Source: Cladosporium halotolerans (lineage: Eukaryota). Taken from it: a stretch of 64,000 nt of DNA. Position numbers and translations under genes: made by a program. This document shows, in pieces, positions 26,583 to 39,100 of this stretch (position 1 is the stretch's first letter; each line of letters begins with the position of its first letter). The stretch is from NCBI RefSeq assembly GCF_011745625.1, contig NW_027191476.1, positions 62,001 through 126,000 on the forward strand. The letters are read 5' to 3'. The notes beneath the pieces are model-generated. The model was not told the DNA's origin. It worked only from the letters and a program-made list of their open reading frames with translations, and ran no database searches.

Positions 26583-26610
<28 letters not shown>
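26583..26610. repeat. (CCTGTG)n hexanucleotide microsatellite
   Basis: cctgtg repeated 4-5 times. Confidence 0.8.
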
Positions 26611-27020
26611 CTGCTCCAACGGGCGACCGCACTGCACCTTGCGTTGCCTGTACCTGGCCGCGCCGCTGCTGCATCAACAGGTGACGTGGGACCGAGTCCT
26701 GCCCTGGCTCCCGCCCTGCATACATACTGGGTACCGCACTTTCTTTGCCAGCCCTTCCACCCTCCCCTCGCCTCGTTTCCTTAAGCTATACCAATCGCCC
26801 GCCAGTCCGCCCTCCCCTTCGCGCTCCGCCGCCCACTCCGCTCATTCGCGCGCCGCAGCCCCAATCTGCCGTTCGTCACTGTCGTTCCCTCTCGCGCTCT
26901 CGCCTCGTTTCTTTGTTCACCTTTAATACTCTCGCCCGCCCGATTCCGCCCTCGGATGCTTGCGGACGTCTAAACCCCCCCAAACACAGCAGTCTCGTCC
27001 GCGCCGACCCCGGCGTACAG

Positions 27021-27186
27021 GTATGTGTCCAAACTTTGCATTTACCGGTTCTCGAATCGCACCGTGGCGACATCGTGGTCCTGAGGGACTCTCCCGTGCT
27101 CCATGCGGCTTTCCGTGACATCTACCTGCTGTGCTTTTGTTTCACGTAGTGTGACTTCGGCGCTTTTGCTAACGCATCTTGTCTAG
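27021..27186 (+). other. Probable 5'-UTR intron of the SOK1-like gene
   Basis: CAG|GTATGT donor, GCTAAC branch site at 27168, and TAG acceptor at 27184-27186. Confidence 0.65.
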
Positions 27187-27428
27187 CTTTTTGATTTGCG
27201 ACCTCGCATTTGGGCGGCTTTCTGCATTTCGTCCGGTCTTCTGCATCGGACTTCCCTAGATCTGGTCCCGCTCCTTGCTCTTGCCGTCTCCTCGCGACAA
27301 TAGTTTTCTCGCGCAGAAGGCTTTCTCTTCTCAGCTGGAGGAAGCGGTCACTATCGCGACGCCGTTGCCGGCAGAACCGACGATATCCTTCCGTGAAAGC
27401 ACGGCTGGCGATCCAACTCAACACAAAC

Positions 27429-29468
27429 ATGGCGCCCTCCGCCAATACAAACAGCATGTCCAACCGCGAAAAAGCGTCCCCGGCCTCACATGGTAGACAG
27501 CACAGCACTTCCATGGACGTCCAGGATCGCTCAGCTGCGGGTAGAAACCGGACCTTGTCTGACGCTCGTGAATGCCGCCACGTCACAACGGAGTCCACGG
27601 GGCCCATAAAGCCAACACAACAGGACAACGGATGCCTTTTCGCAGATTCAAAAACCACGACGCCCTCAATATCCATGACCACCAATCTCGAACACGACAT
27701 CCAACTCGAAATTGACAGGCATTTGCAAGAAAGCGGAGAGCGAGGCATGGACAGATTCCTAGCCTTCCGCAATGCCTCGTTACTCCCCCCCATAACACCC
27801 GATTCCCTCGCCGAACTCGACATGCTGCGCATAGTCCACAACCCCAAACTCCGACACGATGTGAACTTCGACCGAGAGCTGCACTTTAGACCCAATCTTG
27901 ACGGAGATCGAGGGAAGAAAAAGATCAAATCAGCGGACGACTATTGGAAGGCACTCGAGGCGGAGCTGTACATGCTCGATCTTGCACAGAGGGCGCTGTT
28001 GCAGCCCGATGGAGTGACTGACCCCGCGTATTGGGTAAGCGTCATGCGAGAAAGCCGGAAAAGATTACCCACCGTCTTCCAGGTGGTGCTCGAAATCCTC
28101 AAGACTCTGGTTCCGGATCAAGATCAGGCCAAGATTGAAGACCGCTTGGACGTAGATCTGCTCATTCAGCAGATCGACAAAGGTGTCTGTGATCTGGTGG
28201 AACTTGCAAATTGGCTTGGGAAAGTTTTGAAGAATCACTGCGCACCGATGAGGGATGGACTTGTGGATAAGATGCGCAAAAGCATCACAAGAGGCGCACA
28301 GCAGGCCGATCCGAAGGTGATGGTAGACGGTTTGAAGAAATTGCTCAACCTGTTGGAGGCGATGAAGCTGGACGTAGCAAACCACCAGATCAGACACATG
28401 CGGCCTCTGCTGATTGCCGACACCATCAACTTTCAGAAACGATACAACGACCACCGCATTGGTCTCGGCAAGCTGGATCCAGACAGCTCCCGGTCATGGC
28501 TGGAAAGGGAGTACGAGTCCCTCAGTCTGATCGAAAAGGCGCCCTTCACTTATTTGGATGCTCTGACGCATGCACTCCTGCGCGACCTGATCTTTTGCTC
28601 GAGTACCACCAGCCTGACTGCCACATTCTATCTCGATCTCGACCGCCTGCGTACCATTCGCGTGGACTTGCACAACATCATCTGCCATGGCGTCTGTGGC
28701 GACGTCCTCGTGCAACTGCTCGAGCGTGGTACGATGAGATCCGAAGTGCCGAAGGCCCTTGCGGCTTTGCGCAAGTCTCTCACTGCGATTGTTGGCTCTC
28801 AAGGCCTCTGGATTGACCGAGTCGAGAACGTCGCCGTGGAGATCGTGCGAATCGCGCTGGAACTGGAAGGCCGCGCGCATCCTTTCGATGCAGACTTAGC
28901 TGGACTGGCAGAGCAAAGGCTCAGGCAAGACCTCGAGCCCACATCCTTGGCTTTTGGCAAGCACGCCCAAGACATGCTCGAACGTCTTCTGCCCCAAGCA
29001 AGGCAGTGCGTGAACACACACTGCAGGTTACCCGCCGTTGAGCTGCAAGAAGCGCTCGTACCTCCTCTTCTGCCTCCCGCTCCCTCGCACTCCTTCGGCA
29101 TGGGCGCGATCTTGGAGCCCGTTGGCATCGCGAGATCCAACGACCCGGAAACCGAACTCGTCCGCCGTTTCACGCACGTCGTCGTGCTTCACTGGCAAGT
29201 CTGGGCCGACCTCGTCTACCTGGTGGAACCTGAGCCAGAGTACGGTCTTTCATCGCCAGCTCCCTCGAGCTCTCCAGAGCCCGTCGTGCGAGCTTTCTTC
29301 GAAGAGGGCCACAAGTTCCTCCCCAAACACGTCACTACAGAGTCAGAAGACCACGGCATGCCAACACCGGCACCTTCTCCGGACCCAGAAACGGACCTCA
29401 CGGACGCCGATCCCACGGATTTTATGGAGGGCCAGACACCGTTTTTCCCGTCGGATGATCATCATTGA
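27429..29468 (+). CDS. SOK1: T-complex protein 11 domain protein (Sok1-like, cAMP/PKA signalling)
   Basis: LPPITPDSLAELD, NPKLRHDVNFDRELHFRPNLDG, HCAPMRD and LEAMKLDVANHQIR are Tcp11/Sok1 motifs. Confidence 0.9.
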   Translation: MAPSANTNSMSNREKASPASHGRQHSTSMDVQDRSAAGRNRTLSDARECRHVTTESTGPIKPTQQDNGCLFADSKTTTPSISMTTNLEHDIQLEIDRHLQESGERGMDRFLAFRNASLLPPITPDSLAELDMLRIVHNPKLRHDVNFDRELHFRPNLDGDRGKKKIKSADDYWKALEAELYMLDLAQRALLQPDGVTDPAYWVSVMRESRKRLPTVFQVVLEILKTLVPDQDQAKIEDRLDVDLLIQQIDKGVCDLVELANWLGKVLKNHCAPMRDGLVDKMRKSITRGAQQADPKVMVDGLKKLLNLLEAMKLDVANHQIRHMRPLLIADTINFQKRYNDHRIGLGKLDPDSSRSWLEREYESLSLIEKAPFTYLDALTHALLRDLIFCSSTTSLTATFYLDLDRLRTIRVDLHNIICHGVCGDVLVQLLERGTMRSEVPKALAALRKSLTAIVGSQGLWIDRVENVAVEIVRIALELEGRAHPFDADLAGLAEQRLRQDLEPTSLAFGKHAQDMLERLLPQARQCVNTHCRLPAVELQEALVPPLLPPAPSHSFGMGAILEPVGIARSNDPETELVRRFTHVVVLHWQVWADLVYLVEPEPEYGLSSPAPSSSPEPVVRAFFEEGHKFLPKHVTTESEDHGMPTPAPSPDPETDLTDADPTDFMEGQTPFFPSDDHH

Positions 29469-30841
29469 TCGAGCTAGCCTAATCGCCTTGAAAAGACACA
29501 TGTCTTGACTTGGTGCGCTAGTGCTCTCATTGATTCCCAATGCGATCATACGGAGGGATATCGGGGTCTCAAGACTATTCAACGGATATTCCTCACCTCC
29601 ATATCATCTAAAGAGGTCCTGAAATCGGCCTCCTGTACAGACTGCGGCTCTAAGAAACTTCAGCATTGCGCCCGGCTCAACCGGACGCATTCAAGAATAT
29701 TTCCTTCACCAGTCTGTCAACTACCCAGCATCGGCATTTCAAAATCAGCCGTCACCGGAAGAAACCCTGCCGGGCCTGCGTCTCCTCTCTGGAACCACCT
29801 CTACTTTCCCTTACCTTATTGGATTGGACACCAGCATTCAGCTCCTGCTTTTTCTGTTCCGACCCCGCCATCGACGAGGAGCACCAAAGGCCCCTTCTCT
29901 TTTCCTTGGACCTCAGCAACAACGGTCGGCCTGTACACATTGATACCCCCTTTTTTCTTGTTTTCCCAACCACCATTCTATTGGGCTATTTCCTTGTTTC
30001 TGCTTCTTTTGATCGATTCCTCCAGCATCGGGCCACGGACGGGCTTTTTTTTCAAGCCTCTGTACAGATTCTCTAGACTGCTTCTTGCTTTTTTTTTTCT
30101 CTCTTCCATACTGTCCATCGGCAAAACTTGGGATATTCGGTTCAGGGAGATCGGATAGGATCGGTCTCGGTAATAATTTTTTGTTTGGGGAGACGGATGG
30201 GGAAACTGGCGGGGACTCATTATAGAGGCTGCTTTAGTTTTCTTTTATTTATTTTTTTTTTTGGAAGGGGAATCGGTTCTGGGTTATCACTGAGCTGTTG
30301 GGCAGCAGTCAGGGGGGGTTCCTGCTACTTACTCTGCATGTAGTTGCACTTTGTTTTGGGATGGGCGTGGTAGCGATTGAAGTGAATTGAAATGAATCGA
30401 AGCGAATCGAAGTAATTGGAATGCAAATTTTTGGACCTTTGTTCTATTCCGTTTCCACGACGTGATGTGAGGGCTTTGGAGGAGCCGCTTTACAAGATGC
30501 CTAGGTAGTAGACTCGAGATCTGCAAATTTCTCGTTCTTGCAGGCTGCTATCAACGCCTCCCTCGATTGCCGGCCACGCGTGAAAGTCTGGAAGTCCTTT
30601 GGTGTGGCCCGACATATCTCAATGGCGAGGGAGCTCGCGGGTTATAGGGCAACGTTGGTACTGGCTTCCAAGGAGGTGATGCAGTCGCAGTCATTACATT
30701 CGACAGGAGACGCGAACAGTCTCATGTTTCCACAGTGAGGCTTTTCAGGACTTCCGATAGTGACCGTTTTATTCACACCCTTCTCAGTTGACTCGCTGTC
30801 GATGTAAGTTTCAACTCAGCGAGCAATCACAGGGCGTTCTT

Positions 30842-31507
30842 TCAGTCATGATCCAGGGCCCAGTCGGTGTGCAAAGCGATCAGATCGGCACGATAAGCGT
30901 CGACGTACCCTTCGATCGACTCCCACGGCGCATAATGCATGCTTTTCGCGAGGCGAAGCAGACCCACTATCTTGATATTCTCAGGGCTCGTGTTTGCCGC
31001 CAGGCCCGTGAGCTGGTCTTCTGTCGAGCGAACGAAACGTAACTTGTTGCGGTGCACCGCCTGAGCCCAAGATTTCAATTTGCGCCAGTCGCGCCCGACG
31101 TGGATTTGCATTTGGACGTGAATGAACGTCGCGCCGTATTGGTCCCTGACGGCCCTTTTCTTCCGCGTGAACATGTCCATGGTGGTTTGGTCGAACCCGT
31201 ACGTGGCCAGGGTGAAGTTGCTGACGGCGTAGCACAGACCCGTGGCTTCTCGACGGACAGCGCTGCATGTTCGCAGGAGCGCTGGCTCTGGGAAGTCCTT
31301 TGAGGCCGCGATAATGTGGCCGTTGTCGGCTTTGAATGCGTGTTCGTAGATGCGCGTGCGGAGCTCGGGAGGCAGCCTGAAGAGAGGCGACTTGTAGAGA
31401 TTGTAGAGGTGTGCCACCGTGGTCTTTAGGTCGTTCCCGCTTTCGGCGCTCGTCCTCCAAACAACCTTACTGGGAGGATGCTGGTGGCCGGCTGGTGGTG
31501 GGTCCAT
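30842..31507 (-). CDS. Hypothetical protein with an N-terminal F-box-like 'LPPELR..IY' motif
   Basis: SPLFRLPPELRTRIYEHAF and EPALLRTCSAVRREA; gene-like codon usage. Confidence 0.75.
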   Translation of the reverse strand: MDPPPAGHQHPPSKVVWRTSAESGNDLKTTVAHLYNLYKSPLFRLPPELRTRIYEHAFKADNGHIIAASKDFPEPALLRTCSAVRREATGLCYAVSNFTLATYGFDQTTMDMFTRKKRAVRDQYGATFIHVQMQIHVGRDWRKLKSWAQAVHRNKLRFVRSTEDQLTGLAANTSPENIKIVGLLRLAKSMHYAPWESIEGYVDAYRADLIALHTDWALDHD

Positions 31508-31969
31508 GACGGCGTTGTTGCAAACAGCGCTGAAGCGCTGCAGAAGTGGAGATGACGGTGCGATGGGGTTGCGAGTTTGAGCGAGGCGAAGAATGAATGC
31601 GGTTGGGAAGTTTGAATCTGCGGCGGTTCAGTCTGTGTGGTGGGCGAGACTGTGGTTGAGGCGTCGCGTGTCGGAGAGATCGTTACACGCCGCCGGATCT
31701 GCAGTCATGTGAATGCAGGGGACATGTGTATTCACTTCTCTCGTACATCTGTTAGGCACTCACGAACCACAGCCCGCGTGCCTGAGAGAGAGTCACTTCA
31801 CCACAGTCTGGCCCTATTTCTCGAGTAACAAGAGGATGCCCATAGAACAGGATCCGTTGATAGTGAAGGTGGGGTTTCGCAGCATTCACTTCACCTAACC
31901 TCACTTTTGAAGTTGCTAGCTCCGTGACCTCGACTGCGCCCCAAAGTGCAAAATGCCTGAATGTCACGT

Positions 31970-32911
31970 TTAGCCCTTCTTCACATCATCGTCTGCATCG
32001 CCTCCAAGCTCCAGTCTCTGCTCGATCACTCGAACGATCTCTTTCCAATCTCTCATCGCCCCAGAACCTGTGTCGCCACAAGCGAGCATCTTCTCCATAG
32101 GCCTCAGAACCTTAAACCATCCACCGTTAGCAACGCCCCATTCATCCTCCAGGACTGCCAATTGCTTCTCGGTAACAGGATGCTTCCACATAGCCGTGTT
32201 CATCGCCGGAGCCACAATGATCCCCTTCCTGCCACCTGCCCTGAACTCCTCCGGCAACCCCTCCAAATCTTTCGCGGACTTGCCAGAGTCGTAGGGCAAC
32301 TTTACACCCGGCCTCGCACCATCGATCAAGCCGCTGAAATCCCACGCTCGAATCACAGATGTCACCAAGTTGTCAGAGAACCCTTGGCTTACTTTGGCAA
32401 GGCCGTTGGCCGACAGCGGCGCTACGACCAGGAGGTCCACCCACCGCCGAAGCTCGATGTGTAGAATGCTGTCACCTCGTACCCAAGGTTTCGCCCATTC
32501 GTCTTCGTCGAAGTAGATGCCATCGAGGTTTTTGATCTTCGAAATTTCTTCCAGAGAAGGTTGCTCCGCCGACTGGGCCTGCAGAAATTGGCGGGCAGAA
32601 TTCGAGAGAATCAGACGGACTGAGAGGTTGGTGTGATGCGAGAGTGCGTGTAAGATCAGAGGGATTTTGATTGTTGCAACCGAACCGGTGGCAGCGAGGA
32701 GAAGGTGATGTTTGTGATCGGAGAAGTGGTCCGAGGCTTTCAGTGGTTTTGACTTTGTTGCGACAGATGGCGAAGCCTGCTGTTGATCAAGCGAATTCAT
32801 GAATGGCGGTATTTCTCTGTTCGAATAGTAGCAATAAGCTCCTCCGATTACGCAGATGGCTAAAAACATCAGCACGTCCTCGTAAGGCGCTTTGCCCTCT
32901 CTTGTGCTCAT
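31970..32911 (-). CDS. Phosphopantothenoylcysteine decarboxylase (HFCD flavoprotein, Hal3/Cab3 family); alternative start at 32800
   Basis: LLLAATGSVATIK, LHIELRRW, APLSANGLAK, PAMNTAMW and LACGDTGSGAM motifs. Confidence 0.9.
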   Translation of the reverse strand: MSTREGKAPYEDVLMFLAICVIGGAYCYYSNREIPPFMNSLDQQQASPSVATKSKPLKASDHFSDHKHHLLLAATGSVATIKIPLILHALSHHTNLSVRLILSNSARQFLQAQSAEQPSLEEISKIKNLDGIYFDEDEWAKPWVRGDSILHIELRRWVDLLVVAPLSANGLAKVSQGFSDNLVTSVIRAWDFSGLIDGARPGVKLPYDSGKSAKDLEGLPEEFRAGGRKGIIVAPAMNTAMWKHPVTEKQLAVLEDEWGVANGGWFKVLRPMEKMLACGDTGSGAMRDWKEIVRVIEQRLELGGDADDDVKKG

Positions 32912-33212
32912 TTTGCTGGCGACGGAGCAGCCGGCGGCTCACAAAGAAGAACACAAGTGTTTTTGAGGGAATCCGAACCAAAACGGTTCGGATCACCTAA
33001 TCATGAGCTGAGCGCATGACAAGTGTTAAGACGGACGTTTGGATCGTCGGCTCTTGCTCCACATCCCCGAAAGCGCTGTAGTCAGCATCTTTTGCGTCAC
33101 TCTGCGGCGGCGAACTTTGGCGAGCTCTGGATCCAAGAGCGGTGTTTTTGACGGCTACCAAACTTCCATACTTCCACTCACCATCACACCAAACAACACA
33201 ATCACCGCCAAC

Positions 33213-33775
33213 ATGTTCTCCAGAACCGCCTTCTCGGTATGTTGCCATTCTAATGCGCCCAGCTCTTCAGGTAGCTGACATTCGCGCAGGTCGCTTCCCA
33301 GACCCTCCGCCCGCGCCGCAACCCGCTCCTCTCCCCTCGCTTCGCCGCTCTTCAAAAGTCCTTCCTGTCCACCGAGGTTCGCTCCGCGATTGACAAGGCC
33401 GTCGCTTCCGCGCCTGTCGTCCTGTTCATGAAGGGCACACCCGAGACGCCGCAGTGCGGTTTCTCGCGCGCCGCCATCCAGATCCTCGGCCTCCAGGGCG
33501 TCAACCCTCAGAAGTTCACTGCCTTCAACGTGTTGGAGGATGAGGACCTTAGGCAAGGTACGTGGGCCAAGCATGGAGCTTTCGCGCGAGAAGGGCAAGG
33601 CGCTGACATTCTTCAAACAGGCATCAAGGAGTACAGCGACTGGCAGACGATCCCCCAGCTCTACGTCGCCAACGAATTCGTCGGCGGCACTGACATCCTT
33701 ATGTCCATGCACCAGGATGGCTCTCTCAGCAAGCTTTTGGAGGAGAAGGACGTGCTCGTCTCCGCGGACGAGTAA
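33213..33775 (+). CDS. GRX5: Mitochondrial monothiol glutaredoxin; introns 33237-33289, 33558-33620
   Basis: Arg/Ser-rich presequence; FMKGTPETPQCGFSR and LRQG|IKEYSDWQTIPQLY..EFVGGTDI. Confidence 0.95.
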
Positions 33776-34049
33776 TGGGATTCGTTGGAAAGATGGAATT
33801 CGATTGCGGAAGCCGCCATTTGTATAATTGATGTGTCTGAATATACCAAAGGAATGGGAATGGGAGTTGCTATTACATCGAGTACAATCTCAAGATGCCC
33901 AGCTCTTGAAGTCTGCGAGGCGAGTCGTGCCTTCCGTCAATTGTCGCAAGAGCTTAAAGCCACCTCACCCGTCATGTCGGGCCTGATCGATCATATTACC
34001 AACGTCAGGAACACCAGCCGATACCAAATTCATTGCGCGCGGAAACGAG

Positions 34050-34902
34050 ATGGCCAAACCGCTGACTGCGAGCGACAAAATAATTCCTCAAAAGCGAGCG
34101 GCTGCCGCTCCAGCGAAGCAGCACGACGCAAAGAAGCCCAAGACGGTCATCTCGGTCGCTGGGCTGTTCGCAAAGAAGACTCGCCCCGAGCATGAAGACG
34201 GATTGCCAGAGGACGCCACTACCCGTAAGGCTCTCCGTGCCAAAGGGCTCGACGACTTGGAGACGGCCAGGGCAAAGCGCCATCCAGCCTTTCTAGAAGT
34301 CAAGGGTAGGCTCAGACTTCCGAAGACTTCAGCATGAGCTCACAACCCTTGCAGAGGCTACCGAAGCGTATCTTCAAGCAACGAATGGCTCCGTAACCGA
34401 CCAACTTGACGCTGTCCATGACGAGCTCGTCTCACGTATAAACGGCATGGACATCAACGGGAAGCCACTGAACATTGCTGGGGTGCCATCTCAGAGGCAA
34501 CTGAATGACCTGCAAGCGGACACCTACTTGATGCGCCCACTGACCGAGGATACTGTGACAATCGCTGTCACTGGCCGTGATGGAACCGTCATCAACAAGG
34601 TGAAGCTCGGTGACAGCATGGACAAAATGCGCAAACTCTTCGACGAGACTGAGGCCAAGGTCCTTCGGCTGACGGCTGAACTGGACGAAGTGGACGAAGA
34701 GATCAAGAATACTACCCATGAGTACAACCTAGCCACGAAAGCCGTCGGTGACGACCTGCGAAAGAATTTGAGGCAGCTCGAGTCTGATGCCAGCGCCTAC
34801 TATAAACAGACGGTGGAGGATATTGAGATAGCGAGGAAAGAAGACAAGGCGTACAGCATTGAGGCGAACAGAAAGCTGCAAGAGTTCATGGCTTCGCTTT
34901 AA
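34050..34902 (+). CDS. Hypothetical protein, Lys-rich N-terminus and coiled-coil C-terminus; intron 34306-34354
   Basis: A GTAGG..CAG intron joins ORF 34050 in frame with ORF 34447-34902; heptad-like E/K/L-rich C-terminus. Start codon uncertain. Confidence 0.6.
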
Positions 34903-35311
34903 CGTGCCTAGGTCTATAGTCCACTGTTGCGAGAGCTACAAGTCTAATAGCTTAAGATGTAGGCGCAACACCGTGCTTAATTAATGTCAATGGATTACAA
35001 ACATCCGCTGAGTCTTTTAATATATCCTGTTATCTTCTCTAATCATCCATGAAAATGCTATGAAGATAGCGCTTTTGAATCCATCAATGCTCTGTCGTCT
35101 TCTCATCGGTAGAGGCATATAGATGCCTGAGGCATCCATCGCCAAGTGCGGCCTGCTCCGAAGCTGTCGCAACGCCGATACATGGACGGCGTCAGAGCAC
35201 GCAGTTGACCAGCCGAAGCACCTCCATTGTCCTTTCAGCGCCACACAAACCCTCACAACAAAGTATGCGCTATCCGCAGGAACTTCTGCTGCATAGCTAA
35301 TGGCAAGCCAG

Positions 35312-35656
35312 ATGTTCGCCCGCTCCGTTGCACGCCTCCCGGCGACCGCCGCCCGCCGTGGCTTCCACACCACCCCTCGCCAGATGGGCTCCCCCTTCCA
35401 CTACCCCGAGGGCCCGCGCAGCAACATTCCTTTCAACCCGATGACCAAGTGGTTCGCTCTGAGGTACTGGAGCTTCATGGGTACGTAGGCGCATAGGAGG
35501 AAGACCTGGGGAAGATTGCGGACAAGGAACTGACGATTGGAATAGCTGTTGGCTTCGGTGCTCCCTTCGGCATTGCTGGTAAGTCTCGCAGAGTGTCAAC
35601 AAGGAATACACGGGTCTCTGACCACAGATACAGTCTGGCAGACCTACAAGAACTAG
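35312..35656 (+). CDS. COX8: Cytochrome c oxidase subunit VIIc (yeast Cox8); introns 35481-35545, 35579-35633; 5'-UTR intron 35263-35311
   Basis: Presequence followed by HYPEGPRSNIPF...YWSFMAVGFGAPFGIAVWQTYKN*. Confidence 0.92.
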
Positions 35657-36102
35657 AAGGAAGGCGGTTGAAGTTGGAAGAAGGAAGCGCTCTTTGGTGG
35701 CAACGACGGCCAATGCCGGTGATAGAACACAGAAAACGACACGTCGGTATCTGCAATGTGTATAACACGAGGTCCTTAGCAGCCCTTGCCAGACACTCTG
35801 TACATACAATAGCCATTCATCATCTCTTTTGTCACGCGAACTGTGCCAAGCCCTATGCTTCGCGCGTCCTCCCGACGCTAGTAACTTCCCAGACCTTAGA
35901 TTCTATCAAACTGTGTTCGACGAATAGTGAGTCCATGATTACGCCCATGCGAAACTTGAAATGATACAGCGAATTCCTTAAACGACGAAAAGCGTTTTCG
36001 CATTACTGGATCTGGTATCGAGGAACACCTGCTGTCGTGTTGGGTCAGCAAGTCATTTGAGAAATTTTGCGGCGCTGCCAGACGCTGGAGGCTTGAGACA
36101 GG

Positions 36103-39100
36103 ATGCGCAACCTGCGGAACATCAAGCATAACTGCTTCGAATATCCCGATGGAGCCGCAGCAAAGACATCATGGGATCCCTCGGATGACTCTTTGATTTG
36201 CGCCTTTGGTCCTAGTCGGAATGACCCATTACTTTCACTCAAGCGCCTACCAAAAGACGCTGCGAGCCCCGAAGACGCTCTCGCCATAGCATCATGGGAC
36301 GCACCTTCTCCCAATTCGGACCTCGAAGTCGATGAAGTGTTGAATCTTCACTGTTTCGCGGACGCAAGGACGATCGTACTGGTTCTCAAGGGTGGCGACA
36401 TCATCTTGGTACGGGAGGAACCAGAGCCTGGCCAAGACTTGATCGAAATTGTTGGATCTGTCGATGCCGGAATTGCTGCAGCAGCATGGAGTCCGGACGA
36501 GGAGCTCTTAGCAATTGCCACCGGCGGAGACACGATGGTCTTCATGACGAGAGATTTCGAAGGTCTTGCAAACGTCACCCTATCACCAGAGGACGTCAAA
36601 GTGTCCGATCATGTCTCTGTTGGGTGGGGAAAGAGAGAAACTCAATTTCAGGGCCGAGGAGCAAAGGCCCTGCGGGATCCCACCGTGCCAGAGCACGTTG
36701 ATGAAGGAACTCTGAGGGACGGAGAGGATGGCCGTGTCAGCATTACGTGGCGCGGAGACGGACAGTTCGTCGCTGTGAACGGCGTTATCAAGGAGGAGCC
36801 TAAGCGCCGCATTATCCGCGTCTATTCCAGAGAAGGTGTGCTCGAAAGTGTAAGCGAACCTGTGAACTACATGGGTCACGCGCTGAGCTGGAAGCCGACT
36901 GGACAGCTTATCGCTGGCATTCAACATCTCCAAGACAGAACAGACGTCATATTCTTCGAACGAAACGGTCTTCGGCACGGCGAGTTCACGCTGAGGCTCA
37001 GCGATGAGCAGCGACAAGCCGTTGGCGACGACATCCAGTTGAGCTGGAATATTGACTCTACAGTTCTTGCTGTCATCATTGGCAACTCGGTACAACTGTG
37101 GACAACAGGAAACTACCATTGGTACCTAAAGCAAGAGATCAAATTGGCCCACCCAAGCGTCTCTGCAGTTTGGCACCCTGAGAAGCCGTTGCATCTCGCT
37201 TGCGTTGACGGTGCGCAACTCAGGTCACTTGATTTTGCTTTTGATATCGCTCGAGGCCCTTTGAATCCACCTGTAGATACTGGCCTTGTGGCAGTCATCG
37301 ACGGCCAGCAGTTGAAGATAACGCCACTGCGAGCAGCCAACGTACCTCCTCCTATGGCTTTCGATGAAGTTGACCTTCCGTCGAACGCCGTCGATGTCGC
37401 TTTCAGCGCGACAGGTACGGAGATGGTTGTACTACATGAAACCCAGGTCTCTTTTTGGCGATGCGATTACAGCGCAAAGCCAGCCAAGCACGCTGAGCAT
37501 TTCAAGACAGTCGAAATTCCTGAAGTGGATGGTCGCATCCCAGTAACCCGCCAAATAGTCGCTTCACCAGAAAGACAAATACTCATCACTTCTTCGACGA
37601 CAAACGAGGCGAACACGACTATAGTGGCCGCGTCTATTGATTCTGATGACTGTGTCACGTTGCCCGCAACAAATGCTGTCAGATCGATATTTGCTCGTTC
37701 AGATCATCGACAGATCCTCTGTCAAAGCAACGATGGCGGCATCTCAATAGCGAACATCACTGATGGGGAGATTTCTCTTGATGCGACTGAGATGATGCTT
37801 CCGACCGCATGCCCGAGGGTCGAGGTCTGGCACGGCACCGAACAGGAAATCACAGTCGGTCTCACAGCGAGCGGCGTTCTGCATGTCCTTTCGGACTTCA
37901 AGCCTCTGAAAATACCTGGCTGCACCTCATTCTCTCTATCGCCCTCACATTTGATCTACACAACAAGTCAACAATTGCTCAAATTCATCCATCTACACAA
38001 TGGAGAGCTTGAGGTACCACCGGATGAGCCGGAGAAGGACGAGCGCTGCCGCAATGTTGAGCGCGGAGCCAAGCTGGTGACAGTGATGCCCAGCGCCTAT
38101 TCGCTAGTGTTACAGATGCCTCGTGGCAACTTGGAGACTATCTATCCCAGGGCTCTTGTGCTGGCTGGCATACGATCTAGCATCAATGCCAGAGATTACA
38201 AGAAGGCGTTCAACATCTGTAGAGTGCAGAGAGTTGACATGAACATCTTGCACGATTATGCGCCACAGCAGTTCATGCAGGACATCGAGCTGTTCGTCAA
38301 GCAAGTCAAGAAGACGGAATACATCGATCTCGTTCTCTCCTCGCTCTCAGAAGAGAATGTGGCGGAAACGATTTACAGAGAGACTTTGACTGCCACGGTT
38401 GAAGCGCCTGCCGTAAATGGCTCCGCCCTTCCCGCCAGTTCGGGCATCGAAGCGCCGTCGAAGATCAACTCAGTCTGCGACGCGTTCATCTCTGTACTAC
38501 AGAAGGATCGCGCGAAACACCTCCAAAGCATCGTGACCGCACACGTTTGCAAGAGCCCGCCGGATCTGGAAGCCGGCCTGCAACTCGTGTCCGAGCTGCG
38601 AAAGCAAGGCAATGAGGAGCAGCTCGACCAGGCTGTCGACCACATTTGCTTCTTGGCTGATCCCAATCGACTCTACGACACTGCCCTTGGGCTCTACGAT
38701 CTCGACGTCACATTGCTGGTAGCTCAGCAATCACAGAAAGACCCAAAGGAATACTTGCCATACCTTCAAGGATTGCACGATCTCCAGCCCTTGAGACAAC
38801 GTTTCGCAATCGACAACGACCTTCGACGGTACCGCAAGGCACTGACACACCTGTTCGAGCTGGGAGAGTTCGAGGAGTTGAAGAGCTACGTTCACAAGCA
38901 TGAGCTGCACGGCGCCGCAATGGAGCTCTACCGGTACGACAAAGCGAGGATCTACGAGCTCATGGGCCTCTACGCGGACTACCTCAGCAGTCGGAACCGC
39001 TACCAGGATGCCGGCATCGCATACGACTTTGTGAACGACTACGCGCAGGCCTACGAAGCCTACCGGTCGGCCAGCATGTGGCGCGAGAGCTTGGCGTCCG

